DNA of 63,325 bases, counting the filler, from Hyphochytrium catenoides (lineage: Eukaryota; Protista; Hyphochytriomycota): the NCBI GenBank assembly GCA_900088475.1. It is 7 parts of 7 records of this genome, joined end to end, with 100 filler letters (N's around TTAATTAATTAA, not from the genome) between each part and the next. Parts side by side here need not be neighbours in the genome. Positions count along the whole stretch, not along the records: positions 22,874 to 39,186 come from FLMG01004711.1; 6 more parts are not named here. One strand, 5' to 3'. A program made the position numbers and the translations under genes. Positions 23,689 to 37,354 of the stretch are shown here, in pieces. Positions within the stretch are counted from its first letter, which is position 1; each line of letters opens with the position of its first letter. The notes under the pieces are model-generated. The model was not told the origin of the DNA. It worked only from the letters and a program-made list of their open reading frames with translations, and ran no database searches.

Positions 23689-24621
23689 ATGTTTACAGGT
23701 GACGCCAAGCCCTTCGTCCTTCTCCTAGTGTTGGCAGCCTCTTCCCTTCAGCACGGTACCGCCCAAGGCCTGTGCGGCTCAGTCTGCTATGAGGACGCGA
23801 CTCGATCAAAGCCCTGTGAGCCCAGCCTCTGCGGCCCGTGCAGATTCCGTGCTTCGGACGGCTTTGTATACTGCACACGAGCTCTAGTTCCAGGGCTTTG
23901 CTCTCAGAATCGCTTTTATTGTGCACCGCCACTGGCCCCGACCTCCTCCCCACCAGACTCGCCGTCGCCTTCTTCCTCTCCACCAGCCCCATCTCCGGCC
24001 CCTGCACCCCCTACTGATGAACCAACCTCAACACCGTCTCCACCACCACCAGCACCTCCTCCACCACCGCCGTCTCCAGCACCGACACCTTCCTCGGGTG
24101 CCAAGCCTCCGCCCGCACCTTCAAATCCAGGCACATTAGCTCCCACGACTCCAAACGCTGCCACTAGCAGTCCGACCTCAGGGGATAGCCCTACCCTGCC
24201 AAGTAATACGACGTCTCAGACGGAGATTCCAACCAGGTCTGACTCTCCTACGTCCTCCTCTTCAAGCTCTGATGCTGCAGGGACTAGTGTGCCAGCCGCG
24301 ACAGATCAGAGTAGAGCAGACTTCAAGACCTCCATTTGGCAGAATCCGCTCTTCACGGGCGGGATAGCTGTTGGGGTCTTCGGTTTGGTGTGTATCAGCT
24401 TCTTCATCTTTTATATTATGAAGCGACGCCGGCGGCTAGCAGAGCAGGAAGCCGCAGCAGCCGCACCAGTAGAAGGACCAAAGAGCGGACGAACTAAGTC
24501 AACAACCCTACCGCGGCGCCCATTAGACTCTAAAGGTAACTATGAAGCCATGCAGACTGGTCGGTCTGAATATAGCAACGGACGATCGAGCTATGACCTC
24601 AGAAACGAGTTTGAGCTGTGA
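23689..24621 (+). CDS. Type I membrane protein: signal peptide, 8-Cys domain, Pro-rich and Ser/Thr stalk, one TM helix, cytoplasmic tail
   Basis: 310-aa intronless ORF with a hydrophobic N-terminus ending ..GTAQG, 8 Cys in ~50 aa, SPPPP/APSP runs, and TM GGIAVGVFGLVCISFFIFYIM followed by KRRRR. Confidence 0.85.
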   Translation: MFTGDAKPFVLLLVLAASSLQHGTAQGLCGSVCYEDATRSKPCEPSLCGPCRFRASDGFVYCTRALVPGLCSQNRFYCAPPLAPTSSPPDSPSPSSSPPAPSPAPAPPTDEPTSTPSPPPPAPPPPPPSPAPTPSSGAKPPPAPSNPGTLAPTTPNAATSSPTSGDSPTLPSNTTSQTEIPTRSDSPTSSSSSSDAAGTSVPAATDQSRADFKTSIWQNPLFTGGIAVGVFGLVCISFFIFYIMKRRRRLAEQEAAAAAPVEGPKSGRTKSTTLPRRPLDSKGNYEAMQTGRSEYSNGRSSYDLRNEFEL

Positions 24622-25370
24622 GGGCCGCTGAGAGGCCTTAGAGCCCTTCCTCGGTCATTAGTCTATGTTCTTAGTCGCCTTGGCGCTGTCTCCCTCATTG
24701 TAGAATGTTAGGCTCATAGAGCACTCCTCTGGTCAGATGAACAGCTACTTTCCTCTTTTTATAAACCTCAATAACTTATCTCTACATCTATCAGTCCCTT
24801 TGTCCTTCGTCCCGTGCTGACTGTTCCTCTCCATTCTAGTGGGCCATAGCTTCTTCTGTCCCTTGTCAGGCTTGCTCCTATATTTCACAGCTAGTGCCTG
24901 TATCTTAATTTAACAGGCGGGCGCCCGGCTTATATACCGTGTTCTGTGCATCTACTGGGCTATCTTTGACCAATGTTGCCGTCTCTCCCTCTCTCTCTCT
25001 CTCTTCTCTTTTCTCGGAGGCTCAACACCTCCGCTCTGCTTCTCTTCGGGTATTCCTACCATGGGAAGCTAGTTTCGCAGACCTTGCGAGTATGTGCTCT
25101 CAGCACTAGAACTTGGTAGTTATTATTATGGGAGAGCTTCTCCATAAAAGTTAAGGACATCAGCGCCCGACGTGGAGTGCGGGATGGCCTAAAGGTCTGG
25201 TGTCCTCTAAAGGAGCCCTGTCTTCTGGGAGGAGAAGTCTTTCCTCCTTGCATTAGGCCCGCGACCTATGGGTCTATGGCCGCGTAACCCGTTCTCTCAT
25301 TCCCAGCTGCATTGAGCTTGATCAATCTCACAGGGCATTGCCTAACAAGCTCCCTGACGCAGCGGCCTCC

Positions 25371-26683
25371 TTACATCTCGGCCGTCACTTGACTCAAATC
25401 TTCCCGCACTAAGAGGACAGTGGAGGGCGTGACCCACTTGATAAAGCAGTGGCGGAAGACGTCTCCCTGGCTGACAGTTGGCTGTTTGAGCTCTGGTAAA
25501 GGAGCTTTCTTGAGGCAGCGGCCCTGAATGCTCCACATTCCACTTAGCAGTCCAGTAGACCCTATCTTCCAGAAACGCAACGCTTTCTCCTTATAGGCGT
25601 AGGACGCTAGACTGTCGCCGTCTGTAACAGAAGCACAAGGTACGATTGAGATGCGCGGAGACGAGTTGTGGAGAGAAAGAGGGTGAGGACACCCTGGGCA
25701 GAAGAGAAAGGAGATCGATATAGGGTGCTCCCTTGCATGTTCTTGCATGGTCGGACTAACCATGATCTAACTCTCGCATGTCGAAGGTGACAGACAAGGA
25801 ACAAGAAACAGAAAACCAAGGCTTGGTGCCGGTTGCGGAATAATAGGGAGAGGAGCACAACAAAAAAAGAGAAAGAAAGAGAGTGCGTGCGAGTGAGAGA
25901 GAGGAAAGAAAACTAAGGTAGAGCGTGCGCATGAGAGGTAAAGAGATATATAGATAGAGTTAAAACACGGTGAAACCCAGGTAAAGGAGAGAGAGCGATG
26001 GGAAACCAAGACGCACTCTGCCGGAAAAAGAGAAGCGGAAGGAGAGATGGGGAGGCTGTGGGTACCTGGGGATATCGCAATGGCTGAGAGTGCGCCCCCA
26101 ATACCCTCAAGGATTCTCCACTTCGTGGCTGTCCGCAGGTCATAAATAATAACAGTCGACTCCACCGTCCCGACAGCATAACGCTACGGGTACAAGGTCA
26201 GCAAACGTGAAACAGATCATTAGACTGAAGCCGAAGCAGGAGTAAAGTTTGGGCAAGAGAGAGAGAGAGAGAAAGAACGACTTCATTTTCTGAAATAGGC
26301 AGCCCATTCTATGAAGATACGCTACGGGGATAATCAACAAAGAGACACCTGTCTCTCCACTCTCTCTCTTAGTTCTCTTTATCTTCTACCGCGATCACAG
26401 AAGAAGTTTACCTGGGATTCTTGATGGAAGCTAACCATGGGATAGCTCTTCACAATCTCTGTCAGCCCCTTTGTGCTGTAAGGTAGACACTTCTTCCGCA
26501 CCTCTGTCTTCGCAGGGTCCAACGTCGTTACTATGGTCTAGAAGGAGTTCGGAGAGCGGGGGCGAAGTATAGAGGGAGACAGAGTGTGTGTGTGTGAGAG
26601 AGAGAGAGAGATAAAGAGAGAGAGAGAGAGANNNNNNNNNNNNNNNNNNNNNNNNNNNNNNNNNNNNNNNNNNNNNNNNNNNN

Positions 26684-26714
<31 letters not shown>

Positions 26715-29700
26715 AAAGCAATCTGACTAACCTCGACGACAGGGCCCAGTTGCCGGAGCATGTTAAGTGGCTCCTCCCTTAGCAATGACACCAAACACTA
26801 GATCAAGAAAGAATTGTTAGAAGAAAAAGCGCGAGCGACGCTATCTTCTCTCGCTTTCTTTCATTCTTTCTCTCTCTCGCTCAAATCTCTCTCTCTCTCC
26901 AAATCTCTCTCGCTTTCGCCTTCTCTGTTCCTCTCTCTTTCCTACCGAGATGCAGCTTTCCCGATAGACTTCAGTAATGTCTGAGCGAATAGCCTCTTTG
27001 CCCAGCACTGCTATGTACATCGAGGGTTCAGATACGCCTGAGGGGATGGACATAAATCAGTAGCTCTCCTTATGGTTAAACGAGAGGCACATGGAGACAT
27101 GAGAACAAGGAAAGAGAGAAAGTAGGAAGAGATACTGGGTCCCGAACTAGGACAAGAAGGGCGACAACAATAGACCAAGGCACGAGAGACATAGCCACAG
27201 AGAGAGAGAGAAGATATCTTTCTTCCAGAGGACGATAGTCTCTCTCTCTCTCTTTTACTCTCTGTTTGCGTTTTTCTCTCATTTCGACCACTCACCAAGC
27301 TCATGCAGTAGCCGTCCCGCCGCCACCTGCACCGTGACTGTGCCTGGCGCCCCAGAAGTCTCTGAAACTGAAGTATCAGAGGCAAGAGAGACAAGTGTGC
27401 GGTAGAGATCGCGGAAGTTCTGTATGTGCGGCCTCCAAAGCGCCATCCCCTTGCTGAGCAGATCCGCAGCCACGATTGATACTTGAGTCGGGCCTGCTAG
27501 CAGCGCCACCAGTAGCTGAGAGATCTTCCCAGCCACCACCGGCGACAGCTCTGCAGGGTAGGAGACACCAATTGTTCCTGAGGAAGGTAGGATGAAGTCG
27601 TTAGGACCTAGTAACGAAGGCGGAGACTCAGCGGGTAGACGAGAAAGCCAAGCAAGACAAAGAGCAGACAATTCGGCCACAATGGATGAGAAACGAGGAG
27701 AGAAGAAGCTGTCCCGAACAAGCCAAGGAGTACGAGGTACTACCACAACAAGAGAAGCTGCTATACGGATCACCTAGAACAAGAACCATTGGCCCCAACT
27801 CTGTGCCAATGGCGTCCAAACGAGTGAGGTTCGCTTCTGGCGAGGAGAGAAAAGAGTCCACTTCTACTTTCTGCCAAGCGAAGTGAAGCTTTGCTGCCCA
27901 CTCAGCAGCCACTGCACTACGACGAACGTCCGTCATGCGGGAGAGTGTGCCCTATGGAAGAGACATATGGCAGCCGAGGGTCAGGTGAGGAAGATGTGCA
28001 TCTCTGCAGGGGACACGCAAGAGCTCCGAAGGCCACCCAAGTACTATGAAGAACCGTCAAATGGCACAACCAAAGCCAAAGAAAGACGGAAGCACAAAGC
28101 AAAAAAAGCCGTGGATGGTGGACCAATCAGCAGGAGATGAAGGACCAAGTCACCGGTGGCCAAGGTGGTCCGTAGAGAAGCAGGTACCGACAGAGATGAG
28201 ACTAGATGGGCCACAGAAAGTGAACAGAGACGACCACGAGCATCGGAAGAAGAGGGCTAACCTGAAGGAGCAGCCGCGCAGCCACACTGGCTTCCTCCCA
28301 GGGACGCAATGCCTCACGAGAGAGGGCCAACATTGACGGCTCAATAAAGCGCTGATGAAGCTCCTACGAGACGACGAGACAGAGATAGAGGAAAGTAAGA
28401 AGAGCTCGTCAAGCCCTAGAAGCGATGTCAGTGGAGCTAGAAGGGCTTTACCTCTGGTATAGATACTCCATACTGGGTGATCAGCCTGCTAAAGAGCCCC
28501 TGTTTAGCGAAGGAGACGCGCGGAGAGAGTGGTCCAGAGGAAGATTGTGAGGAAGTCGCCACCTTCTCATCTCCAGGCCTGCCAGTGATCAGAGAGTGGT
28601 GGGGGGCGAGGCAATCAATCTCCTTGCTCTCATCGTCAAACCAACAAATGCAAGAATCTAGGAATTTGACTACCTGCGAGGCTTGCTGTTCATGAGGTGC
28701 ATGCAGAAACAGAGGAGAGAGAGCTGGTGCATCGCCGTGAGCTCCGCGGAGTACTGCCAACGCGCTAGCGGGCCGCTGCGACGGGGTACAGCAAAGGTCA
28801 GCATGCCCTCCGCGCCCATTAGTCCATAAGAGATAGGCAGATCCGGAGGGACCAGTCCCAACTCCTGTGTTGTCCAATGAAGAACCAGAAAAGGCGTTAG
28901 AAGGTCATGACAGACAATTCAACCTCTAAAGCAGTCCATCTCGTGCTAGATCACAAGCTTTTACCTCTCTGAGAGCACCTGCACGTATTAGACTCCAGAC
29001 CCTCAAATTTTCTCTCTCTTTCTATTGATTACGTTCCTTCTTCTCTCCATGTACAACGATATAAGATACGAGAACGCACCTTTCTGCAGGCGCTGTCGAT
29101 ATCCTCATCCACACCCCAGGAGAGGAGGGAAGAGATCAGTCCAGCCTCCAGCGTCTGCACTGATCCGCTTACAGTCCGCTCATCAGCGCCCTCCGTATCG
29201 TCCCTGCCAGTCCCGAGAATATGGTCAAACTCGTCCTCTCAGCGCTAGACAAGGAAGAAACTTCCACCTGCTGATGGCGACGAATCTTTCTCATTTACTT
29301 TTCCCTCGTTCTCACAGTGTTTCCTCTCCATAACAAGACGTAACTCTCTTCCTTGTTTACAGCATTCAATCACTCTCCATCTCTCCCTTTCTGTTTCACT
29401 CTCTTTCTGTCCCGCCCTGCTTTCTCACCAGCGCTCTTGCTTTGGAGCTCTTCTCTTCAGTAAGTCCTGTCGAAGCTTTGCTAATAGGTAAGCATAGCGT
29501 GAGCTCCTAGGCCCAAGATAAAGAAGATACATTATAGAGGTCAAGCGTTCGGACAGACCTGTCAGGGATTTCATACTGAACAGGAACACGTGTAAGGGCC
29601 GTAGCGCAAGGAAGCCGCTCTCGGGAACCTCGCAGATGTTGGGGATAGAAAGGACCGAAACAGGTTGCAGAGGGGCCGACGACTGTGATGGATCTTCTAT

Positions 29701-32700
29701 CTCTGCCATCACGTTCCGCATCAACTTTCCTCCATCCTTTTGCCACACAGGTAATAAAGAGAGCAGGGGAAGCAGCGAGAAGGGGCTTAGGTTAGACAAG
29801 ACTCTGTGAGCAAGAAAAGCAGAGGGAGCTGGCAGGAACTGATGTGCTGAAGGGTAGAAAAAGAGATACGGCACCCAAGTAAGGAAACATAGACTAGAGA
29901 AAAGGAACAGAGATGATAAGAGGCGGGCGATTGAAGCTAGAAGACAGCTAACTGGCTCCCAAGGCGGCAGAGTAAGATCTTTGTACCTTCACATTCACAA
30001 CTGTTGAAGACAGAACGCGTTCCAGTTGGCCGCTGCTTAGGTCCCAGATATACGAGAGCTCGTCTGCGCACTCCACGACCACGTAGGAGGCGCCTATCCG
30101 CCAGGACACCTAACGCCGCGAAGACAGGCAGACAGAGAATGCAGTGTCAAAAGAGATAGTCTGCGACATAGCAGATGGCTTGGAGTGCACGGAAGGAGCG
30201 AAATCTGAAAGGCAGAGTCTGACTAAGAAACCTGCAAGAGCGGTTTGGTTGGAAGGAGGCGAAGGAGGCGTCGCCTGCAATCAATGGCACTTTGAACGCA
30301 AAGTACCCAAAGAGACAAGAAAAGCGACGCTGCAATGGCAAACTTAGGTTCAACACGAGCAAGGAGGCGAGCGAGAGAGTGTGTTGAGGACTCAAGACAT
30401 CCTACATCTACGATAGCATCACTGTGACCGCCAAGAACATAAAGTGGCTCCAGACGCATCTTCTGATGCTGCTCGTGTAGGTTCCGTTGTCTAAAAACCT
30501 CCAGAGTGCGCTCTTGAGGGGATACGAAACGCTGCACTACCACCGCACGATCCAGCCCCACGGACGCGAGTAGCTGTCCCTGGCTGGTGTTTCGATGGGG
30601 GGAAGAGAAGGACGAGATGGCCGCTGAATGTTGGTGCACTCGCTGGAGCAGCCGGCCTGACTTTTCTAAACCCTGGAGGAAGCGTAAGCTGAAAGTGGAA
30701 ATGGAGAGAAGAGAGGGAGAGAGACAGATCGACAGTAAACAAAGGAGAGGGTTTATGCACCTAGAAAATCGCCCAAAGCAAGAAACAAGACCTGGAGGCG
30801 AGGACTACGGCTGACATGCGGAGTAAGAGATCCAGAGAGATAGTTTAGGTCGAGTTCTTATTCTTCCTACCTCGCCGTCGGGAGTCTGCTTGCCGTTAAA
30901 CGTCAGGACCCACAGGGCCAGAGAGCCATCGGCAGCTCCAACCAGCAGGAGAGTTGAAGCTTCGCCTTGCATCGCCTCTTTCTCGCCTTTCGGGGACGAC
31001 GGGATCTGAATGTTAAGGCTGGAAACTGCTCCGCCACTGCCAGGAGTCGTGTTCACAGTTTGCTTGAGTTTCACCGTGATCTTACGAAGGAGACCAAGCG
31101 CTGCCTCTCCTTGCAGCTCTGACTCGTCATCTACCAAAGTCTCGGTAAAACTAGCACTTCGCTCCCTACCAGCAGGATAGCAGGGGAAGGAGAGAAAACG
31201 ACAAAAGTTGAGTTATTTAGGCAATGACGGTACATGCGAAAGGATACAGGCGAACAAGAAGACATAATTGGCTGCCAGGCAGAGCTTAAGACTAAAATAG
31301 TGCTCAGAGAGGCTCTACCGCTGCTGTCCCCAGACATAAGAAGCCATGCAGGTAACGGCAGTGGTCGCACCACTGAGAAGTAATGGCGCGGGGTCAGACG
31401 GCAGTGTCCCAACCTCTACTTGGCCCGTCCCGAAGCCTCGGACAAGGATGGCAGGAGCGCAAGTAGAGCGTGAGGCTGACATAGGAAGGTGTAGAGAAGG
31501 TTGCCTATCCGTAGTGGGAGAGATCGGAATGCCATCGGGCCCCCGGAACTGGCTCCGAGCATCCGAGTCCGCAGGCAGCAGGTTATCCGATGGAAGGACG
31601 AGAGAGGTGAGTGGCTCTGGACCCTCTAACAACCTATTTAGGGCTACCACATCTGTCAGAGCCGCTCTGCGTAGTGAGAGAAGAGAGAGAACAGTTAACG
31701 AGTCTGACTATTATCCTCTATCTAACCTCTTTTCTCCACTCTGTCACAACTAGCTTATGGGACGGCTTAGCTTTGAGTTTTTGGGTTTATCTTTCCCTTC
31801 TCAATCTCATTTCTATCCTACCATAAGCTTAAAGCAGCAACAAGAGAAAAGAGATTCGCCGCGTTTACCTTTCCTTCACTGATGGCGAGGTTACTCTTCG
31901 TTGCCAGCCGTCAGCTAGACAGCTTCTTGCCGACTCTAGGGCAAGAACTTGAGGCTCTCCTTCACAGTTCGGCGACAGCACTGAGCAAACTAGAGAGCCG
32001 TCCGCAAAGCCCTGAAGCAGCCAGACGGGGCCGCCCTCACTATTAAGCCCGAGCATTGCCCCTAAATCACGATCCAACTTCGGTGGCCATGTGTCTGCTT
32101 GTGCTTTCTTTATACTGCTTCCTTCTGCCTTCAATGATAGCAGATGAGTCGCCGATTCTTCTCCCTTGACGCTAAGTTGCACCAGGTCTCCAGCAGACGT
32201 AGATAAAATTCCTATATTATCCCCTACTGCCAGCCACCGAGGAGCCCAGGTTGGTGCTAAACGTGCCTTTAGACCCCACCTCTGTAGGTGAGATGAAGGC
32301 GAGCCTCCATACAGCCCTAGATTTCCGCTTTCAGTCTTCTCAGCGGCTTCCAGAAACAGTCTGTAAGAGAATTGAGAGATGAGCCACAAGAGAGACAGGT
32401 TGGCGGGAAATCAAGAGAGCAGGCCCTCGGCATGGCAGAGCAAATTGTTGCGAGCAAGGCATCCAACGGATTGCCAGCATACGCCATTAGCGAATCGTCG
32501 CAAGGAGAAAGACACCGAGGCGCACGCGGGCATGTTAGCTACTGGCAGCGAGCTCATGAGAACTCTCTTACATATCAAGACGGGAATGGAAGAGAAGAGA
32601 GCGGACGTACCTCCCCTGAGGAATCGCAGCCCAGCGATCAGCCCAACCAATAAAGACCCAGCTGGCGGAAGCGGAGTGAGCTGCCACGGCCATCGGTACG

Positions 32701-34157
32701 TCCGAGTAGGAGAGATCAGAACGCTTTCCGCCCTTTTTTTCTCCTTCTGCGACCTCCTGTAGCCTCAGGACGTACTTTTGGCTCGGCTTCTGCAGCCGCA
32801 CACTAACGCTCCACTTCTTGCCAACCTCCAGCTTCCCCGCCTGTCCACCTCTTTAAGCAGAAGAGAAAGTCAGACAACGCGGCGTCTTAAGGTAGTTCTG
32901 TTTGGATTTAACTGAGGAGATGGTACCAGGGAGACCCCACAAAGAGCTCATGCCAAGGCAAACCTACGAACTAAGGAGACAGACAGAAGATAAGCTAGCA
33001 GAGGTCAAACAATCAAGAGACCAGAGAGGGCGCGAGTAGACGGGCAGAGAGAGAGAGAGAAAGGGAAAGAAGCAAGGAAGTGGGAGTGAGAGCCAAGAAG
33101 GCCCAGCGAGAAGAAGAGATGCAGACCTAGGTTGATACCACGTGTAGCAGTGGATGACGCTGTCAGAGGACACAACAGCAAGCCGTGCATCCCAAGGGCT
33201 CTGAACCCCAAGGGCGGCAGGATTGCTGGGATAATTTGAGGTACAAGGGAAGAGTTATCGTCGGAACCAAACAATGAGGAGGAAGAAGGAGCAACAGGAC
33301 CGAAGATGAGATCAAGCCATGGCTATAGACGAAGGGGGAAAAGGACGATCGAGATAGGTGAGAAACCTAGAGCGAGCACCAGACAGGACCCAGACCAGAA
33401 AATAGTAGACAGAGCACGGTCGTAGATGGCTAGAGACTGTCTCCTCTCATAACCTAGCATATCATGCGTTACCCATCGGCATTTGTCCCCTACCGGTTCT
33501 CTGTCCAATGGAGGCCGACATTGTACCCTGAGGGCAAAGATACGCGCTCTATCACCTCCAACCGCCAGAGATCCACCAGCCAGAGCCCACTGCCAGCTCC
33601 TAGGAGCGCCGCGTAGCGATCGTTGCTGAACACTTGCAGCGACAGCACCGGGCTGAGCCCAGCCGCGAAATCTAGAGATCTAGCTAGGCATCTAGACACT
33701 CGAAGTTAGCTAACTAGGGAACTCGAGCTGCGGGAGACAGAGTGGTCGTAGTACCTGCCATCACGCAACATCCAAAGACAGAGACATCCATCCACGGAGA
33801 CAGAGACAGCAACCTTCTCGGCCCATTCATTCGAAGCGACATCTACCGCGCAGATGCGGGACTTGTGGGCAAATGCTAGAGATCGAGGGGAGAACTTCAG
33901 AGGTCTTCCAGCGCCTACCGAAGGAAAGTACACAGGGTAAAGAGTCCGGCTATGAAGCTTTGTCAAGACCTTTGAAGCTTCTTACTGTCAACTTCTTGAG
34001 CATCCTGGGCATCCCAGATGCAAAGGCCTCCAGACGCAGAACCAGAGATAATCAGAAGCTCATCCTTCCCTTCGAGCTTCACTGTGGCTCGCCCCAGCGC
34101 CGTGATTCGGTGTTGGGGCGGTGACTCCCAGAAAGCGATGGGTAGTGAGAGGTCCAT
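25371..34157 (-). CDS. WDR7/WDR72 (rabconnectin-3 beta)-like large WD40 protein, many exons
   Basis: The N-terminus MDLSLPIAFWESPPQHRITAL..ISGSASGGLCIWD matches the WDR7 start. Further blocks are VSVSVDGCLCLWMLRDGR, LASVGLDRAVVV, LGGHSDAIVD|VSWR..VVECADELSYIWDLSSGQLERV, and a C-terminal VGTVESTVIIYDLRTATKWRILEG..LASYAYKEKALRFW. Confidence 0.85.
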
Positions 34158-34476
34158 GGGTCCTAAACCTCTTAGTAACTCCAAGTGTTCATCTCCATCG
34201 CTGTACGAGCTTGAGGAGTCTAAGAAGGGGCGAGGCGCTCTCACCGCTTGGTCGCTGCATTGCTCTCCTAAGAATCGGTATGTAGCATAGCTCAGCGCGG
34301 GGCCGGATTGACAAGAGCCTTGACTGCTGTGGAGGAAACGAGGCACAGCACCGGTGAAGCTGCACTGTGCAAGAAGAGGAAGGATAAAGATGGAAGATTG
34401 CTGTTGCTTTACTGCTCTCCAGCCTCAGTGTCTCTAAGCCTGTCTGCACCTTGGCGGCCGAGCCGATGAGCAAGGA

Positions 34477-34537
<61 letters not shown>

Positions 34538-34959
34538 ACAGGCAGGAGGAGAGAGAAGGAAGGACCGAGGGAAAGGAAAGCAGAAAGAACGAAGATGTCA
34601 AAGACTCCGCCAAAAGCTTCTTCCGCATCTGCAACAGCTTTTCACCTTCAAGTCCTCCAATGTTCGTAGTACACGTATTGCAACTTTTGGAATGCCTTCT
34701 TTTCCAGAAATCCTTCCCAACCTCCTGCAATAATACTAGGGATTTCTGAATATTTCAGGATTAGTGAATCTTTCATCATTCAAAGTGGCGTAGCCCGATA
34801 CAAACGACAGACAAACACCGAAGGGAAGGCTCTGAAGGATCATCATCTGACAGATCTTCATCCCAGATCTTCATCATCATCATCTTCAATCCTCCGCGGC
34901 GGCACCACTCGGAGCTCCGGCTGCCTGCTTCCTGCTAGGTGGAGGCTGGAAACTGCCTG

Positions 34960-36300
34960 GAGGCTGTTACCTGAGAACCCGACTACTAGAGGATGTGGGC
35001 AACACTGTCGTATGGTATGGGACGGCAGATATGCTTGAGGATTGGCAGCAGAGCTTCAGGAGGAGGATGGGGTGCATTGAGCTATGGCTACTAGGGCAAG
35101 GGAAGGGAAGAAGACAATATCCTCGACGTATCTTAACCTCCTTTGCTAACCTGGGCGTAGGCTTGGTCACAGGAGTACTATGTCCACGACATCAAATCAC
35201 CAAGGCAAAATGACTTAGGGTTTAGAAGGGTGAAACAAAGACTTGCTGAAGCTACATCAATTAGCGAAAGCAATGAGAATGCGGACATATACCCGCGATG
35301 CCCAAACTCCATTATCTCTTCTCTCTCTGACACCCGTGGATCATTAGATATAGCGGATGCCGGGTGTCATAGCAGGGAAAGGAGTGAGGGTTAGGAAGGC
35401 AGCTGTAGACAGGAACCGCGGGGACAGAAGGGCTCGAGCGTCAGGAAGCGCCTAAGGAGGGTGTTAAGATGGCCTGAGCATCTCTCCCATGCGTTGGTAA
35501 AGTTAATGCGCGGTCGTTAGGCTATAATAGCCTTCACAATGGCGACGAAGGTCTTTCAAGAGCATTTCCCGCTCATTGACCAACGTGACCCAGGCCATCT
35601 TATCACCCTCCTTAGGTACCTCCCGTACCTGCTCCTCCGCGCAGCCACAAGACTTCTGCTTTCCAATCTGGAGCTCTCTCCCTGCCTCTCCCGCCTCCAT
35701 CGTGCAGTGCCGCCTCCGTCCTATCGTGGTTCCTGCCATGGCGTGAGACTTCTCTAAAAGACGCAGGAGGTCCTACCCCGATCCGAAGGAGCACCGTTCG
35801 TGCCGCGCTCCTCCCTGCCTCGGCCTAGCACCCAAACCCTAGAATCTCCCAAAGCCCTAAAACTTTTCCAGTCCCAGCGGCTTTGTCCGCCAAGGATTCC
35901 TACCCTGAGCATCCGCGGGGTTCTGCTGCGGAGTGCAGTCACGGACTTCTCGCCCCACCAACTGATGCACGCGGGACGAGAAGCGAATATACCAGGGGAC
36001 CTGTTGTTACACGATAAGGTTACAATGTGTACGAGGTTTAGGACTACTAAGATTGTATCACGTACCTCCGGAGACATTTTCGCCAAGCTACTTACGGCTA
36101 GAGCTCCGAAGGCTCGTGGGGCGCATGCTCAGATAGCTATTGGTCAGCCAGAGGAGGAGACTGCAGGCGGAGCGTCAGGGGACAGACGAAGGCCAGTTGA
36201 ATCGTTGTCCTTCGTTTGCGAGGCGTATGAGATCCTTACCTACGCCGCCGCTGGAAACTCTACTTCCTGGAGACAAAGTGTGGCGCTAAATACCTAACAA
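34960..36300 (+). mobile_element. Highly degenerate Ty3/Gypsy-like RT/RNase H relic
   Basis: WYGTADMLEDWQ resembles FGxLDLxxGYWQ, EYYVHDI resembles YVDD, and ESLSFVCEAY resembles EPLxFLSGxF. They occur in the expected order but are broken by stops and frameshifts. Confidence 0.35.
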
Positions 36301-36687
36301 GGTGGCAGGAGGGTCTCCAAAACCTGCCAGCGGTTGGTGGGGTCCCTTTGAGCTGATGCATCATCAAGTAAGGGACCCTTGCATACCTCGTCATAGGAGC
36401 TGTTATTGAGCACAGGAAGGGTGCAAGGTGCGTAGCAAGCACTTGCGCTTAGTTGATCTATCAGCCGAAGAAGGGACCGCGACTCCTACGCCGCCCCCGT
36501 TGTTCAGAGCCTGATGAGGACTGAAAGCGGTGGGTCAGCGGTCAGCAGCACCTTGGCCCAGGTACTCGTAGTAGTCAGTCACCAATTTTCCCCGACTCAA
36601 AGTCCCAAGCAAAGAGGAGGAGACAAGGAATGTAAGAAAATACTACTCAGGACATTGCTATTGCTATGGTATTAACGTCCAAGCAGT

Positions 36688-37295
36688 GTGCGCCGCGGAA
36701 AGCCGATTTACCTTTGTATCGATGGAATGTCCTGGGTCAACGAACGACCTCGCTCACAGCATACAGACACACCCGCCGCCTCCCTGAAACTGTGGAGCAG
36801 CAGCTACCGGGCGGATGGTGTCTACTTGATAGGTGATGGTGCGTATGTTCCAAGTGAGCAGTTTCTGATACCTTTTCAGGGTTCACAAAAGGATATGAGG
36901 AGACACGATAGCTACAATTTCTATCTGTCACAGTTGCGCATCAAAATTGAACAACAGGCATTCGGCTATCTGATGACTAAGTGAAGAATCTCAAGAAGCC
37001 TGTAGAGTGCCGACTCTATACCGTGCCTCTCATAACAGTTTATACTTGCATGCGCCTTCACAGCTTCTGCATATCTGAGCGGCTACGGCGGGACCCAAAT
37101 GATCACGTGCGTCCAGAAGACATAACCTGTAGCTACAGTTGCACTGTCAGCGAGGAAGAGTCCACCACGGGTGGAGGGACATCATTTATGATTGGGAGGA
37201 GTAGGCTTAGAGATGCCATGGTGGAGTACATTGAGGATCTCAACCTCGTCCGTCCAGCAGCGCATAACATCACTAGGAGGCAATGCAATCCATAA
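36688..37295 (+). pseudogene. PIF/Harbinger DDE transposase fragment (DDE_Tnp_4/HARBI1-like), disrupted
   Basis: CIDG, YLIGDGAY, LIPF, YNFYLSQLRIKIEQ.AFGYLMTK and CMRLHSFCI motifs. There is a stop/frameshift at ~36984 and the N-terminal part is missing. Confidence 0.85.
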
Positions 37296-37354
37296 TGGCG
37301 TGTGATTCACGAGTATTGCATTGACTATTTTATTGATCACGGATCTTGAGCTGA

